Below are positions 12,301 to 26,600 of a stretch of DNA of 64,000 bases, one piece after another. This DNA comes from Dimorphilus gyrociliatus (taxonomy: Eukaryota > Animalia > Annelida), in NCBI GenBank assembly GCA_904063045.1, contig CAJFCJ010000013.1, positions 473,954 through 537,953 of the forward strand, read 5' to 3'. The notes under the pieces are model-generated. The model searched no databases. It saw nothing but the letters and a program-made list of their open reading frames with translations, and had not been told where the DNA came from. The translations under genes were made by a program, and so were the position numbers. Every line of letters begins with the position of its first letter. Within the stretch, counting starts at the first letter, position 1.

Positions 12301-15300
12301 GCATTGGAGAGGGAAAGTTTAGTTAAACAACTAGACCTTTTAAGGTATAAGGAAGCAAAACCTAGTAGTCGCACATCAGCTAAACACGCCGTTTGTTTTT
12401 TTCATAGGGATATGAATAGGAAATTAAGGGACAATCAAGACGAAGAGGCACTTAGACGGGTGAGAACTAGCTACATAACTGTTACATCTCTGTGAAATAT
12501 CGGTTTAATAATCTCTTTTTTTTTTAAATTTAATTTCTGTGGAAAATGGGATTATAAATATTTTTTTTTCTTCTTTTTAAAAGATTCTTAAAAAATTGAT
12601 TAATTCTTAGACATTTAGCGATATTTATATACATATTCACTAATATATTGCAAATATTTTGATCTTTCGAATTAAGCCTATTTTCGTAACATGTACTGTA
12701 TATGTATATAGTAGTATACTGTACAGTAAAAAAAAATAATTTTTTTTAAAAAGAACCTGGTTTCCAACCGTCATCTAAAATTTTTTTTGGGTTTCTTCTA
12801 TTTATAGAGTTAACCCTTTCTCCTCCTTCCTTCCATTCCCCTGATCTTATATATATATAACATTTCCGTACCATTTAATTCTTAAAATAAAAAAAACCCT
12901 AATTAATTTTTTACCAGTAATTAATATCGCTTTAAGCTTTGTATCTATCTGCCTATCTTTTAAAAACGAAGAGAACAACAAATTTTTTTGTATAATCTGC
13001 ATAATTTTTCATTTCAGGATGCTAATTAATTTTATGATTGGTGGAGGGAATATGATGAGTTTTTCATCGGTTTCTTTTATTGTTTTCTTCCTTCTAATTG
13101 ATTAATATTGTCTGAGGCAAGCTTCAATGATTGTCATCTTCAAAATCTAAAAGCAAATAGAAATAACAATTTAATAATTATAATAATTAGAAACAAAACA
13201 AAAAAAAGCAAAAAAATAAAACTAATATAGATTTTAATATGAAAAGAACTAAAAAAAAAACTATATTTTTTTTTTGTTTTTTGCTTTAATTGTTTATTGT
13301 TTTTCACATTTAATAATTTATTTTTTGCACGAAAATGTTTATATCCTTGTGAATGATCGCATAATTGTTTTAATTCCCGTATTTTTCCCAATTTATTTTC
13401 TAATTTCTGACAGTATAACCTTGGAAATCGTATGGTATAATCCATCATCTTTATGCGTTTAGCATGCTCTTTTTGAAAAATTATTAATTTTTCACTATTT
13501 ATAACTTTGTATTTCTTTTTAACTGTATAGTTCTTATTTATTTCCCCGTTTTTAAAAAAATTATTTATGTTTTTGTTGTCTTATCAAAAATTTCATTTTA
13601 AAGAGCAAATAACCAATGAGATAACACAAAATTTTAATCACCTTTTCTTTTGTTTATCTTTTAACTTTTGGAATGAAAGATGAGAAGGAAACGTTTTTTG
13701 TTTTCTTTTTTATTTAGAAGTAAAAACCAACTTTTTTGAATATTTAAAAAAGACTTCCCTTTTTTATAGGACACTTTGCAGCAAGAAATGATAGAGGTAT
13801 ATAATAAAAGAACAGCAAACAATCAAAATATTATATATAATATATAGTCTCCCTTATTTAATGGTTATGTTTGTTTTTCCTATATAATTAATTACTTTCT
13901 TAAAAAAACAACAACGACTACAAACAATTAATGAACAATTTTTCCCTCCTTTTCTTAGAATACTAATTTGGTATTACGTATATTGTTTGTAAATAGTAGA
14001 TAAAAAGTTTGTAAAAAGTTTAGTGTATTTATAGTAAATTAACCTTCTAAATTAACAAAAATTTATGATTTTTACTGAATGAATTGGGATTGATGATTGA
14101 TTATTTTTTATTGTGTTAGTTATACAGGCTTGTTTAGTTATATTTAGTAGATAGATTGTGAGATTACGAAATTAATAATACAGGCAGGCGGTGAGAGACT
14201 AATTTACCAAAGAAGTGAAGGAATGGAAATGGATCCCGATGTAGCTAGACAAAACGGTTCGTCTCCTTATCAAAACTTGAGCGGAAATGAGGAGGAGCCT
14301 ACTGATTCTCAGTCGTCGGCTGCCACCAATAGAAAAGCCTTCCGGCAAAAGAGACAAGGCTCGGTTCTATCCAATTACTTTGAAGCACCCAGCCTGTAAA
14401 TATGAAAAAATGTATACATTATGCAAATTAGATGAGTTTATATTTAACTTCAAATCTAGGCATTCCAAACTTGGAAGTTGTTTCGAGTCGGACGAGGAAG
14501 TTGAATGCGACGAACTACCCTACGATCATTCATTGTCGTAAGTTATTAATAATTTTCTAAATGATAACTGTTTAAATAGTCTATAAATTCTAATGATTTG
14601 TTAAATATTTATCAAATTTCAGTCAAATTTCCGAAGCATCTTCTGGCGGTCGAAACTTAGTCAGGTACGTTTCTATCTCTCTTTCTTCCAATCTCTCTTA
14701 TTTCCCAATGCTTTTTCTTATTATTAAAGAACTCTTTTGATTTCTTAAGAACTGAAAGAGGCATACAAACTTTATGATAAACTAATGAAGATAAATTTGT
14801 ATATAAAATGAAAACACGTATTTCCCTATTATTTCTTCAGAGTTTTTCTGTTCTCCTTTTCGTTATTAGCTCGTAAAGTTTCTTTTTGTCCCTCACTCTC
14901 AAACCGTCAATATCTTTTAGGTTGTTATGGCTGATCTTCTTCACCATCTCTCTTCTTTTTGTTTTTTTCAATAACTTTTATGAATACCTTGTTTTATATT
15001 TTATAAATTGTATACTTTAACAGTTCGGCTCCGATATCTGAAAGAGGTCAACCAATAGGAGCTTACTCTACAGTTGAAAATCAAGAGAGATTACAATCTG
15101 TAATTATGCAAAAAAATATTACTGTTACTTATTATTGTATAATATACTGTAATTTTAGGGTGAATCAATGGCTGCTGTATCAAATATTAACGAACCGGAA
15201 AGAGTATTTAAAGTTGTATTCGTGGGTGATTCTGGCGTTGGTAAAAGTAGCTTTATACATCGTTATTGTCAAGGCGTTTTCAAAGACTCATTTAGCGCAA

Positions 15301-16022
15301 CCATAGGTAATTCTTATTGTTTTAATTAGTAAAATCATGCTAGTGCATATTCATTTATACACATTAACAATTACTTAATACACAGTAATTAAACTAAACT
15401 ATAAAATTTCGTACAGGTGTAGACTTTAGAGTCAAACAACTCTATGTGGATGGGCATCCTGTCGTTTTACAACTATGGGATACCGCTGGACAGGAAAGAT
15501 ATCGTTCCATAACAAAACAATATTTTAGGAAGGCGGATGGAGTTCTCGTTATGTTCGATATTATGAACGAATCCAGTTTTTTGAATATAAGAAACTGGAT
15601 GGAGAGTGTAAAAGATGGGGCGGATGAAGCTGCAGTTATTGTTCTAGTCGGAAATAAGTTGGATTTAGTTGAAAGTGAAACAACTAAAGTAGTCCAGTAT
15701 AAGGAAGGTTCTCGTGTTGCCGAAGTAAGAAAATCTGATATAATATACAAATATTAAATATCTCTATTCCTTTGTGTTTTTGTAGGAATATGATGCTCTA
15801 TTTTACGAAACGAGCGCAAAGTCAGGGGAGAGCATAAACGATACATTTGTTGGAATGGCAAGGTTTAACCTCATTATTCAGCATATACATTTTAAATACG
15901 TTTGAATTTCATTTAATTCTCTTTGAAGACTGCTATTGGAGAGAGAAGATAAACAAATAGAAAAGGCTTTAGATCTCAGTGGAAGCATGCAGAAAAATAA
16001 GGGATGCTGTGGAGCTACTAAA
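9376..16022 (+). CDS. CRACR2A: EF-hand + coiled-coil + Rab GTPase large Rab (CRACR2A/Rab46 family; Rab44/RASEF related), ~18 exons
   Basis: N-terminal EF-hands [39 protein letters not shown], coiled coil [16 protein letters not shown], Rab motifs [22 protein letters not shown] and ETSAK, and C-terminal GCC prenylation motif. Confidence 0.88.
11378..12004 (-). CDS. Secreted divergent C-type lectin-like protein (~183 aa) nested antisense in CRACR2A intron 11195-12272; exons 12004-11664, 11588-11378
   Basis: Signal peptide [28 protein letters not shown] helix, ILIG (WIGL-like), EGHA|WKWID across a 75-nt phase-2 GT-AG intron, and terminal YGCE. Confidence 0.7.
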
Positions 16023-17528
16023 TAAACTACTCTCTCACTTTTTCTCTTCCTCATAGTATTACAACTAATGCTATTGCAATTGTCGCTACTGCTCTTCTAT
16101 CTCTTCGTCTCCTCCCCCTCCTCCTCCTCCTGCGTATACTACCACTACTCTACAGCTAATACTATTGTTACTGCTACTATTATTACAGCTACTTCTACTG
16201 CTGCATTTAGAATCCTCGCCAAGCTTCTTTCTTTATCATGTTTTGAAAAAGAAACACACAAAGAAGCGAAAAGAAAGAACCAAAGTATAGAAAAGTGTCA
16301 CGGTAATGTTTTTTTTGTAATCCGAAGCATGTTGTTGAATCTCCTTAATTACAATCGTTAATTACAACTTACAAATTAGGTTGAGGTGTCAATGTTACCT
16401 TTTAAATCGAAATCATATCCCAATAACTGTTTTATTTTTCTGCTAACCATACTTAACTTTACAAACTCTCTCTTTCTATAACGTAGATGGATACATTCCT
16501 TTATTTCCCTCCATATGCATTCCCCCTCCCTATTTAATATATAGTATGATAGCTGGGATTAATAGCAAAGCAAAAGAAAAAGAATAATAAAATATTTCTT
16601 TTCATGTCCTTTCTGATTGTAATATATTGTTTACAAAGACATAATAACAGATAATAAACATGTATCGTATACTTAAAAAGCAGAAATTTTAATATAAATC
16701 ATCATCGAAAAATAATGTACAAGTGTCTATTAACAACGATTATTAAATTCTCTCCTTCAGCCATTTAATAATCGTGTATTTCCCTTAGAAAGTTTGTGAA
16801 TCAACAGTTATAAAATTGAATCGACTACCCGTCTATTATTTATGTTTTTTAAAGAATCAATCAACTCAATATAGGTTCAAGTCGTTCCCTTGTATCTCCA
16901 GTAATATCTGTTTTTAAAAAAAGAAAAGAATTCTCTTGAAAGCTTTCAATAACGATAATAACAAAAAAATGAGTTATATTTATTCAATTAAAGGAATGTA
17001 TTTAATACTTTTATTTATACTAAATATGTTCTTTCTATAAACTTTCAATTAGATTACAACAAAAGGAATTGCAAGTAGTGTAAAGGAAAAAAAAAGGAAA
17101 AGATTTTATTCACAATTTTTCTAATACTATTTATTCATATTAATTATCGTTTATTTCTTTGCCCTTTTCCTTTTCTCTTTCCTGGAATTTAAAATTGACT
17201 AGAATTGATTCGTTTTTATTTTCGTATATCGAAAAAAATAATAATTGTCTTAGGCTTAATTTCTTTTGATTGCACGCTCTTTTTCGTTTGTTTAAATCAT
17301 CTTATTTTCTTTTAACATCTGCTCTCTTCCATCTCTTTTTTTTTTTTTTTGCTGTTTTGATCATTTTTCAGACAATTTATCATTCTCATCAATATTATCA
17401 CTATCAGCGACTGAAAAGTTGTACCAAGGCAATGTCTTTTCTTAACAAAAAAAAAACAAACAAACAAACAAACAAAAAAAACTCTCTAATTTCCGCCGTT
17501 TTGCTCCTAAAAGCCATCACACTTTTTG

Positions 17529-19440
17529 CTAAGAGGGCAGTGTACCATAGTCGAAGGTTAGTAGGGAGCACTGCTTCGTTTCGAGTACATCTACAACAAA
17601 ACAACAGATATCAATAACAGTGATTATGAAATCTAAAAGAATGGAAAAGGAAAAAAAAAACAATATTAAAAAAAAAAAATAAAGGAAAGTTTGATTTTGT
17701 ATCGTTTCTCTTTGTTATGAAGAAGAGGGAAAAGTGTGAATAATTTTATAATATCCTATATATACCCGAACGTTGATATATTGAATAGTGCAACAATTGA
17801 AGGAGGGGCAAAAATAGATATAGCTATTAAGATGAAGAAAAGATGGATGAAAAATATTAAGATAAAACTGAAACGACATCGAAACGAAGCAGAATAGCAA
17901 TATATAAAGTAAATATATATATATATATATATTTATAAGTGTCGTTTATTTATATATTTATTAAATTTTCACTTACCCGCCACGATTCTATGCCAAGGAA
18001 GTGTTATAAATGTCAGATAGCAATGCAGCGCTAAACTATTCGCTCTGCGACGCTCTTTAAACCAGCCCCAAGCCTGTCCGAAAGACGCTCCCCAAAATCC
18101 CTTTTCGGTTTCCAACTCATCTCGTATCTCGTTTGCCTCGACTTCAGTTATTTTAACGACGCTATCTGTTTCCGATCGTGATTTTCTCATCTTTGAGAAC
18201 ATACTCCAAGATTGTTGAGACGCCGGATCGCTCATACGCCTTTCGCTAAACGAATCAAAATCCTCGTAAGGAAATTGTTCAGTTGTTGGCGTTTGTTCCG
18301 GAGTTTCCGGTCCACAGCCTTTAACTTTTGTAACAGCCATCTCAGCACAACCCTTTCCACTAGGTCCACGCATTTTCATAAACTCTACCCTTTTATGTTT
18401 TTTAAATAGCTTTTGCCAACGGTCAGTAGTCCTAGCATCATAGACTTTCTTTAAGGCTTCGTATCGAATACTACCTAAGAATAGAACGCTTTCAAAGTTA
18501 CTTTTCCTATCTCGGGCTACCAACTCAACACAGACCAATTCGCTATCCCGAATGATTACGTCTGAGAAAGCCTGGGAGGGAAGATAAAAACACATAAAAA
18601 TGAATAATTTATCTAAAAGACCATGATATACGACTTACCTCCTCAAAATTATCCACAGTAAAAAAGATATTAGGATATGTTAATTGTTCTGAAGTACCTT
18701 TAGAATCCATATTTCTTTTGCTAGGAGATGCATAGACCTTTTGGGTGCATTTTTTTAAAATTTGTATCTCATTTTTGCTAGTTCTTGTACAAACAGCGCA
18801 TGTGACAGTATACTCAAACTGTAACATTAAGAATATATATGTATAATAGATTAAACTTTTCAGAATAAACTTACATGCTGCATAATTAAATTCAAATAGA
18901 CAGTTTCTTCCCAGTCTATATTTGTTGCTTCAATATTTGGCAAGTTCTTTGAACTTCTCCTAAACACGTCCACTTCAGTCTATTTATATATATATATGTT
19001 GATATGGTTTTAAAGGTTATATATTTTTATTCTAAAATGTGTATTTATTTTTAATTTTGATATTAAGTATCTTTACCTGATATACATTTATCTTATTCTG
19101 ACTAGGTGTTTTGCGGACGTAAAAAAGCATGTCATCTTTGCTATCATCTTCTTTTACATCTTGAAAATGTGACAAGAACAATTGTGTCCAAAATTGTGGC
19201 CTTGGTACCAAAACACAGTCGATCTCTACAAAAGCGGCGTAATCATCATATGATTAAGATATCAATGTTTACATACACACCTTCAATTTCTAGATCTTCT
19301 CTTATCTTTTGGTTGGCGATCCTCTCCAGAATAATCTGGAGAGAGCTACTATGTTTCATCTCCCATTCTCTCTCAGGAGTTAGCCTATCACAATTCATTG
19401 TGAGAGGACCATCTTCATCCTCGTCGTCGTTCTCCGCCAT
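17529..19440 (-). CDS. KIAA0930: KIAA0930/C22orf9 homolog (DUF2045 family), ~6 exons
   Basis: Motifs DDMLFYVRK, IDWEETVYLNLI, VTCAVCTRT, VYASPSKRNMDSKG, TYPNIFFTVDNFEE, VCVELVA, EFMKMRGPSGKGCAEMAV and TLPWHRI. Confidence 0.88.
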
Positions 19441-19454
19441 TTTATAAATATTAC

Positions 19455-19463
19455 GTCACGTGA
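19455..19463. promoter_or_regulatory. E-box/CLEAR-like GTCACGTGA in the KIAA0930-PGP divergent promoter
   Basis: Palindromic TCACGTGA 15 nt upstream of the KIAA0930 ATG. Confidence 0.4.
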
Positions 19464-19862
19464 TTACTTTCATTTTTAAGTCAGATTCATTCGTCAATCT
19501 AATTAGCAAAATTTCCAAATTTGGTAATATTTTCGCAGAATTTTTCCAACTAGACTGCTGATAATTATATAATATTTCATTTAAAGCGTCATTGTAAAGA
19601 AGATGAATGAAAATGGCGATGTCTGGAACTTTGCAAACGATATAAGTATTATATGACTGGTTCGTGGTCCGATCAAAATAATCTAAAGATAAAATTGAAG
19701 TAATCCACCAAAATTCACTTGCAAACTACGAAACTTCTGACGAGCACTGGTGTGTGAACTGAATTTGGAAGTCATAGCAGACGATCATTTCCGCTCGATA
19801 AAACACATCTCGGGCATTCGAAAACCGTATTAAATCGGTTTTAGGAAATTTATCCGTACACA

Positions 19863-21197
19863 ATGGCTAAGTGTACGGAACTATCTAAGGACAATATTGA
19901 GGAAGCTCTAATTGGGCTTGATACCGTCCTGACTGATTGCGATGGTAGATTACATAATTATCAAAAAAATTGAGTCTTCACGCTTTATGCGTTTTTTCTT
20001 AGGCGTTCTTTGGAATGGTCCAGACGTTATTCCTGGCGCCGTCGAAGCCATAAGAAAGTTGCGCAAAAGAGTAAGTAAAGTCAAGCATAATCTCTAACAA
20101 TTTATACAATTATTTATCAATTATATTACCCATTGTCCTTGAACAATAAAATCAAGAGTTATGAAACGTTGAAAATGATATAATGTATTATATTATTTTG
20201 CCCAATTATTTAATAATCCTTTTATTGCAGAATAAAAAGGTTTACTTTGTAACGAATAATAGTACTAGAACCCGAGATGAATATGCTGAAAAATTGACGA
20301 AGCTTGGATTCGAAGCCGGAAGGGAGGATATAATCTGTTCGGCATACGTTACCGCTCAGTATATAAGACATCAACTTGGTATTCGGGGAAAGATTTTCGT
20401 TGTTGGTAGCTATGGTTTACAGAAAGAATTGAATAATGCAGGATTTGATACCTCTCCAATTGGAGTAAGCAATCTTCAACCATTTTTATTATTTATTAAA
20501 CCCTTTTACATTTTTTTAACAGCCTGATCCATTACAAGATTCGTCTTGCGACTGGACAGATATGCCTTTGGATCCAGATGTAAGTAATCAAACATTTTTC
20601 TCTAAATGAAGATATCTTTGTCAGTATATGATAATAAAAAAAAACACAGATAACGGCGGTCGTTGTTGGCTTCGATCCTCATTTCAGCTATGCTAAGATG
20701 GTGCGAACTTGCGGTCATTTATCTAAAACACAAATACCCCTTATTGCTACGAACGACGATCCGGCTTTACCTGCTAAAAATGATCGCATTGTTCCAGGTA
20801 TTTTGAAATTTAAACAACCTTCTACGTTTTATAATTTTCTACAATACTCTTGTGTATTTTTCTATTATATAAAGGGACTGGAGCCATACTGCATGCAATA
20901 GAAGTCGGAAGTGGTCGTAAAGCATTTGTTTGCGGAAAACCCTATGAACCCATATTGAAAGTTATTATTGAGAGGAAAAACGTAGACCCGTCTAAAGCAC
21001 TTGTTATTGGCGATCGTTTGGAAACTGATATCGCTATGGCTAATTTGAGCAACATGAACTCTCTGCTTGTACTATCTGGTTGTGCCGCTTTAGATGATGT
21101 ATACCAACTGCAAAGCAGCGTTGATGCAAAAGATAAAGGCCTTTTGCCGAGCTTCTACATCAAGTCATTGTCTAGCCTTAATGCTCTCCTCCCCTAA
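19863..21197 (+). CDS. PGP: Phosphoglycolate/glycerol-3-phosphate phosphatase (HAD IIA; PGP/chronophin family), 6 exons
   Basis: HAD motif I DCDG|VLW, VTNNS, IATNDD, GKP and IGDRLETDI. Confidence 0.9.
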
Positions 21198-21390
21198 TCA
21201 AATGGGATTTCGTCCTACTCATTCGTTTTTACAGGAAGTTTGAAAAGGCTAATAAAAAACTAGTTATTCCCTAAAATTTTTTCGGGTAACTTTAACAAAA
21301 ATTATATCGACAAAGATTATAATGAAATGAAAAAAGTTTTTGAAAAACGTTGATGTATAATATGATAGTAGTTCCCTCCCAATTTTATGC

Positions 21391-22975
<1,585 letters not shown>

Positions 22976-23387
22976 CTTCGCGAAATGTTTATTCAATATA
23001 CTAATACACGTTAAATCTATGAAACTAGCCACGTACTATCGCCCGAAAAAGGAATATCTACATACCGCTTGAAATCGATCAAAACTACCAGAACAACCGA
23101 AAAACACAATAAAATTTTTGAAAATCGGATATTAAAAACAGATAAAGAGTAAATATGTTCCCGCTTATTAAATTAATATATAAGAAATAGCCTAATTACT
23201 TTATTTTATAACATTAAAGTAGAGATTAAGAGTTCGATTTAGAGGATTTAGATTATTATTGCTCTAATAAAAGGAGTAACACTGGTTAAAATAATTTTTA
23301 AAGTGTAATTCAAACAAGAGTCCTTTATAGTTAATTTATAAAATATGTAAAGACTATAATAATTTCGAAAATGTGCATTCGGTCAAT

Positions 23388-23440
23388 TGCATGCGGGTTT
23401 TAGTATTCCGATCGACAACGAAGGTAGAGTGCATGCGCAG
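23388..23440. promoter_or_regulatory. NRF1-like GCATGCG elements in the TMED2-MYCBP2 divergent promoter
   Basis: tgcatgcg at 23388-23395 and gtgcatgcgcag at 23429-23440 in a locally GC-richer patch between opposed start codons. Confidence 0.35.
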
Positions 23441-23667
23441 CGATCGAAAAGTTGTCCTAGCTCAGTAGGCTATCTCTATATTCCAACGGAAGTATTAAAG
23501 CTGAGCTTCCGTCGCAGAAGTAGTCGAACATAGACTCAAAACCTTGTGTTTTCTTTTTGAAGAGAATGCAGTTTAAAGATTGCTAATTTTAAGCAGATAA
23601 ATTAGATAATTTTCGCACTCCATTTTAGAAGTGCAAGTATAATAGCAGACTTTGTCCTCAGTGAAAT

Positions 23668-26600
23668 ATGGCTTCATATGATGCTAATTTTTCGGCGGCA
23701 GGATCTAAATTGAATCGTACATTGTTGAATTCTCAACAATTAAGTGAAGCTTTTATGAATGTTTTTCTGGAAAAGCTTTCATCAAGGAGTGCCTCTAAAC
23801 CGTATGCATATTAATAAAATGCAATTGCATATGTCTAAATTGCTCAATAATTTTTCTCATTTTTGTTCAGGAAACAAAACGACTCCCGGCAAGGAAACGT
23901 TCAGGCTCAGGTAATTATTATATTGCATTTTCAATCTCCTTATTAAAAACCTTGAAATTTTTAAATTAGAACCAAAAGAAGACCCCGAAAGAGTCTGATA
24001 TACCGGGCGTTGTAGAAAACTACCTAGTCGTAAATAGTGCTTCTTCATCGTTTTGTGTCTATGCTTTTGTAAGTAATAGCATAAATTTGTGCATCAGAGA
24101 GATAAATAATTATTTATTGCATTTCAGATAAGATATTCAGTTTTGGGTTGTAAACTCCAAAGCAATACCTCAATACTCTCTAATACCCATCAATGCAATG
24201 ATGGAAGAATTTCAATAAATCAAAGTAGTAGCATCAGAGAAACTACATCTCCTAAACTACCTATGGTAATCATAGTCATATAAATATACATTAGGTTATC
24301 AGTAAATTACTTATTTCAGATTATCGAGCTTGGTCTTAGAGAAATACTCATTATAATTACTGAATTGCGTTCAACAAATCCTGCATTATGTAAAAGAACA
24401 CTCGAAGCATTGTTTAACATTTTGTCTAATCGTACACCTGAAAGTATGAGATCTGAACCTTTCTCAATAATGGGTAAATTACTCATGTTTTATTTTGTGC
24501 TCTAATTTTTTTTATACAATTTTTCGTTACACAGAAAATTTGTTTGAAGTTCTACTCGATTTAACTTCTAATAGTGACAAATCAAATGATGATTCTAATA
24601 GTTTATCAGCTTTAGCTTCTTCGTGCCTGTTCGCTCTTGTGCTATGTTGGGGAGAAACTGGTTATATTTTATCTGCAATCAGTTCTATCCTTATGTCGAC
24701 TTCACCTGAGAAAAAAATGAAACTTCCAGAAGTAGCTGTGATAATGAGAAATTCTGTTCTGGCTTACCTTACACAGAAGCACCAGCTCCCTGATTGGTTT
24801 AGATACGGGGTCCCAAAGAGTTGTATGGTCTATAAGAAAATAATATATCGCTTGACATCAGCAGAACATTGCGCTGTATCATCCGACGGAGTCTTCCTTT
24901 ATATTTTCTCACCGAATTTTGGGGCCTATAAAATTGGAACAGGGTGTTCCGGTACCATTGAAGGTTGGATCTATGCATCTAATACAATATATATTTCCGA
25001 AAAAATGATGGGTTGGATAGGAGCTTTTGAAAAGTTTGTGCTATTACAACCTAACAGAAATAAGCGAAGAATAAAAGTATTATGTAAAAATACCTTAACA
25101 GTACTCTCGAAAGTTGATATGTCTTTGGTGACTAACGAAGGACTCTTTTTCTCTGACTCATTTTGCGTCGGTCAAATATCTTCACTAAAAAATGGGGATT
25201 TTATTGTTAGAAAATATATAATTAAAGCTACTGGAGAAGATTCTGTTGTCTTAGTTCCAGATGAAACGAAAGAGCTAAAATTAAAATTAACAATTCAGGG
25301 TCTACACGTATGCGGAAACTTTTGTGAAGAAGGAGACTCCGAAGGAGTGATTAGACCTGTTGCAAATGTAGCTAGTCACGGCTCTATAAAAAATGATATT
25401 TTAGACGTTCAATGTGGTAAAGATTTTCTGTTGGCTTTGACATCTGCTGGAAATGTATATTTTATTGGAAATCCAAATTCTGTAGGAGCTAAAGCACACT
25501 CTGGCGCAATTGCTACGACATGGACACTTTTGCCTCTGCCTAAGGAAGCAACTGGTTTGAAAAGCCTATCAGTTGGAAATGACGGGAATTATGCATTGAT
25601 CTCTTGTCAGAATGGTACTGTGGTATATATCGGAATTGCAAAGCGAGGAGAGGATGGAGACAATTCTTATAGATATTACCGAAGAGGATGTTTTACATAT
25701 AAAAATCTCAAACCAAGAATCATAAAGGGTTTATTGGAAGGAGAATGTATAGTTTCTGTGCAAGCTAACAATGGTATTAGTGCTTTCATAACAGACGAAG
25801 GAAAATTGATATTACTTGGTAGAGAAGCTTCGGATCATACAAGTCGTTTTGGGACGGTGTCGATATTCAAAGACAAAAATATATCTCAGGTAGCTTTGGG
25901 AAAAGCACATACTATTGTTTTAAGTTCAGACGGATCCGTTTATTCTTTTGGTTACAATCATAAAGGTCAGTGTGGTCGTAAGATAAACCGACAAAACATA
26001 AAAAGTGAATCAGGATGTTCTGTAATAAAAAAACAAGAGAGAGTTTCCCTTGGTCCCAATGAAGTAAGAATATGTGATGATGGTAAGTGCTTTTCTTATA
26101 TTTTCTCTGATTAACAGCTTATAAATTGCTCAGGTGAACACAATTTTGTGACTGGCGATTGTATGATATGCACGCTGTGTGGAAATTGCACTGAATATGG
26201 GATGTTTTGTGTACTAACTGGTAACTCTAAACATGTTCCTGGATCGTAAGTAGAAAATTAAAAGGTTTTTAGGCCTTTTTATACTTAATTCTGATAAAAA
26301 TTAGAAAATGTGGTTGCGGAACGGGTGATGCTGGTTGTGCAGACTGTGGTCTATGTAGAATATGTGTAAATGATGTACTACGGACAGAGGAGGAAGGTGA
26401 AGTATTTGTCGGTTAGTAGCATTTTGGACGTTTTAAAATACTATTCTGACATATTTTATCTCTTAGAAAATCGATCTCGTTCACACCGTAAAGCTGGACC
26501 TTATCATAGATCAAAAGATATTAATGATCGTGATCGCCGAGGATTTCAAAAAGGTTTGTATTTAGGCTTATTAGCTCAAAAAATTACCTATAATTTTCTT

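Noticed and set aside
13140-13448. 102-aa minus-strand ORF in the CRACR2A long intron
   Set aside because: Second half is poly-A/T-derived; no splice partners or homology recognised.
15281-15308. Suspected frameshift in the Rab effector loop
   Set aside because: Re-reading gives [10 protein letters not shown] in frame across the splice; no lesion.
16068-16361. 97-aa ORF after the CRACR2A stop
   Set aside because: Low-complexity CT/ACT repeats in the 3' UTR.
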